Positions 33,930 through 35,421 of a stretch of 35,421 bases of DNA are shown piece after piece (positions within the stretch are counted from its first letter, which is position 1; the number at the start of each line of letters is the position of its first letter). The position numbers were made by a program, and so were the translations under genes. Origin of the DNA: Candidatus Micrarchaeota archaeon. GTDB lineage: Archaea; Micrarchaeota; Micrarchaeia; Micrarchaeales; CABMGC01. The stretch is from the NCBI GenBank assembly GCA_021796295.1, contig JAJYIA010000003.1:1-35421 (forward strand). Direction: 5' to 3'. The notes under the pieces were generated by a model that saw only the letters and a list, made by a program, of their open reading frames with translations, made no database searches and was not told the DNA's origin.

Positions 33930-35421
33930 TTACACCGGAGCTGTGCCCAGGCCTATCATCTGCCAGGCGTTGCCTATGCCTGAGGGCGAGGCGAGACCGG
34001 GAAGCACATAGTTTCCACTAAGCGGCACATATGTAGCATTGGCTGACTCTACGCAGTTGTTGCCGTTGCCGCTGTAGTCGTTGCAGTTGCCGCTGAGGGG
34101 CATCCAGAGCGAGAGTCCTGCATTGTTAAGGGGTATACCAGCTATGCCCTCTTTGTAGACTTGTATAATCTGGTTTGAGGTGAGGGTTGTATTGTATATC
34201 TGAATGTTGCTGAGGTAGCCGTTGAAATATGATGGCACACCGCTGAGGCCGGCATCAGGCGTATATGTGGTAAAATAGTTTCTTGAATGCGGCACATATT
34301 GGCTGGAAGAAGTTCCGACCTGAGTGCTGTTTACATAGAAGGCTTCGGCTCCTGACTTTTGATTGTAGGTTATAGCAGCAAAATACCATCTGTTTAATGA
34401 GCCGGTATATGAAAATGTATCTCCAAGCCCATATATAGTTCCTATGTTGTTTACTCCAAGCAAATCTATGTCGGATGTGGATCCTGTGCACGTGGGATAG
34501 CTGCATATGCCCACTATAGGGCCTCCAGGAGAAGCAACGCCGCTTGGTGCATAGAACCATGCCAGTGCTGTTATGTTGCTCTTGCTTGACTCCAGCCAGT
34601 TGCCTACTGGAGCAAGAACGTAGCTGCCTGTGCCGTTGAGACTAAGAACCTGGGGATAGGCGTTGCCTATGGCAAGAGGCTCTCCTCCCAAGTATATGCC
34701 AGGAGCTGATGAGTTGTAGCAATTGAAGAGGTTTGTACATGAGAGAACTCCAGGCAGCGGGTAGACACGGCCTACAGAAGGGTCCTCTGTGGCGCTGTCT
34801 CTTGCTGAGCCCGGCACGTTTACGAATATGGTATTGTATGCAGTGCTGTACGGCGTGCCTGCAGATGCAACCCAGCTCTGGTCATTGACATCGCCATTAA
34901 GAGACCACCATCCCACGAGGCCATTGTATTCGAGGGGTGCGCCTGAAATACCTGCGTGATACAGCTGCAGTATATCAGAATAGCCCAATGTTGAACTATA
35001 AATCTGGAGGTTTGCAACTGTAACATTAGAATAAGGGCTTAACACTGTAGGTTCACCTGCACCTACAACAAGGCTGCCTGTGCCGCTGGTAGCTGAGGTG
35101 CCCGGAGTAAAGGAGGCAGCATATTGGTTGCCATTTAGGTAGTAATAGGCCTTTTCTGCGGCGTAATCGTATGTGAAGCATGCAAAATACCACCTGTTGG
35201 GTATGGGAGGCCCTGGCATAGAATAATTGGATATGTTTGCACCTGAGCTTGTCCAGACAGTGAAGCCCTGCTTCTGCCCCTTCTGGTCTAAGGTATATTC
35301 CCAGGCTGTGCCTGTGCCGCTCGGAAGGACATCACCCTTCAAAAGCACGCCGTAGTAGTTTGCCAGAGAATGCACATTGTACCATGTGCATAATGTCATC
35401 TTGCCGTTGGATCCTGCCTCG
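33930..35421 (-). CDS. Multi-LamG (concanavalin A-like) surface protein, 5'-partial
   Basis: Two repeats NRWYFA..TY...YxN...NxQIY...Y..GI.G.P...L..W..L.G; frame open to window edge. Confidence 0.85.
   Translation of the reverse strand, partial: EAGSNGKMTLCTWYNVHSLANYYGVLLKGDVLPSGTGTAWEYTLDQKGQKQGFTVWTSSGANISNYSMPGPPIPNRWYFACFTYDYAAEKAYYYLNGNQYAASFTPGTSATSGTGSLVVGAGEPTVLSPYSNVTVANLQIYSSTLGYSDILQLYHAGISGAPLEYNGLVGWWSLNGDVNDQSWVASAGTPYSTAYNTIFVNVPGSARDSATEDPSVGRVYPLPGVLSCTNLFNCYNSSAPGIYLGGEPLAIGNAYPQVLSLNGTGSYVLAPVGNWLESSKSNITALAWFYAPSGVASPGGPIVGICSYPTCTGSTSDIDLLGVNNIGTIYGLGDTFSYTGSLNRWYFAAITYNQKSGAEAFYVNSTQVGTSSSQYVPHSRNYFTTYTPDAGLSGVPSYFNGYLSNIQIYNTTLTSNQIIQVYKEGIAGIPLNNAGLSLWMPLSGNCNDYSGNGNNCVESANATYVPLSGNYVLPGLASPSGIGNAWQMIGLGTAPV

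Noticed and set aside
29103-34021. Long antisense ORFs such as 29103-29702, 31005-31496 and 33227-34021
   Set aside because: Ser/Leu/Pro-rich shadows of srp54, the MazG-like gene and lipA

Overview
Archaeal chromosomal window, most consistent with a DPANN/Micrarchaeota (ARMAN-like), probably acidophilic, organism. Evidence: a class III signal-peptide pilin (QSAMEYLMTYGWAIL), a LamG surface protein, Dph2, SRP54, archaeal PPAT, an intron-containing tRNA-Ile(UAU) and a P3A H+-ATPase. Left to right: (1) tRNA-Val(CAC) followed by an integrase-less ~4 kb island closed by a degenerate copy of the tRNA 3' end, carrying an FkbM methyltransferase, an AbiEi/AbiEii type IV toxin-antitoxin pair with a candidate operator, and a chimeric IS630 remnant. 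(2) A solo Cas4-like nuclease, a P-loop kinase, the H+-ATPase and an MBL hydrolase. (3) A composite IS200-like structure: a 232-bp near-identical direct repeat brackets HIT and aldehyde dehydrogenase cargo, and a decayed tnpA is flanked by inverted palindromic ends plus a hairpin-rich leader. (4) Core genes rsmA, coaD, dph2, ogg, glyS, srp54 and lipA, and a sufB-sufD-sufC-sufS operon headed by a Cys-tailed HTH regulator with a palindromic candidate operator. Top hunt items: an unlisted 34-aa, 9-Cys metallothionein-like ORF with its own BRE/TATA promoter (13466-13570), the candidate Fe-S/metal-sensing suf regulator and operator, and the REPtron-like inverted-end Y1 transposase unit. All calls come from reading motifs by eye; no searches were run.
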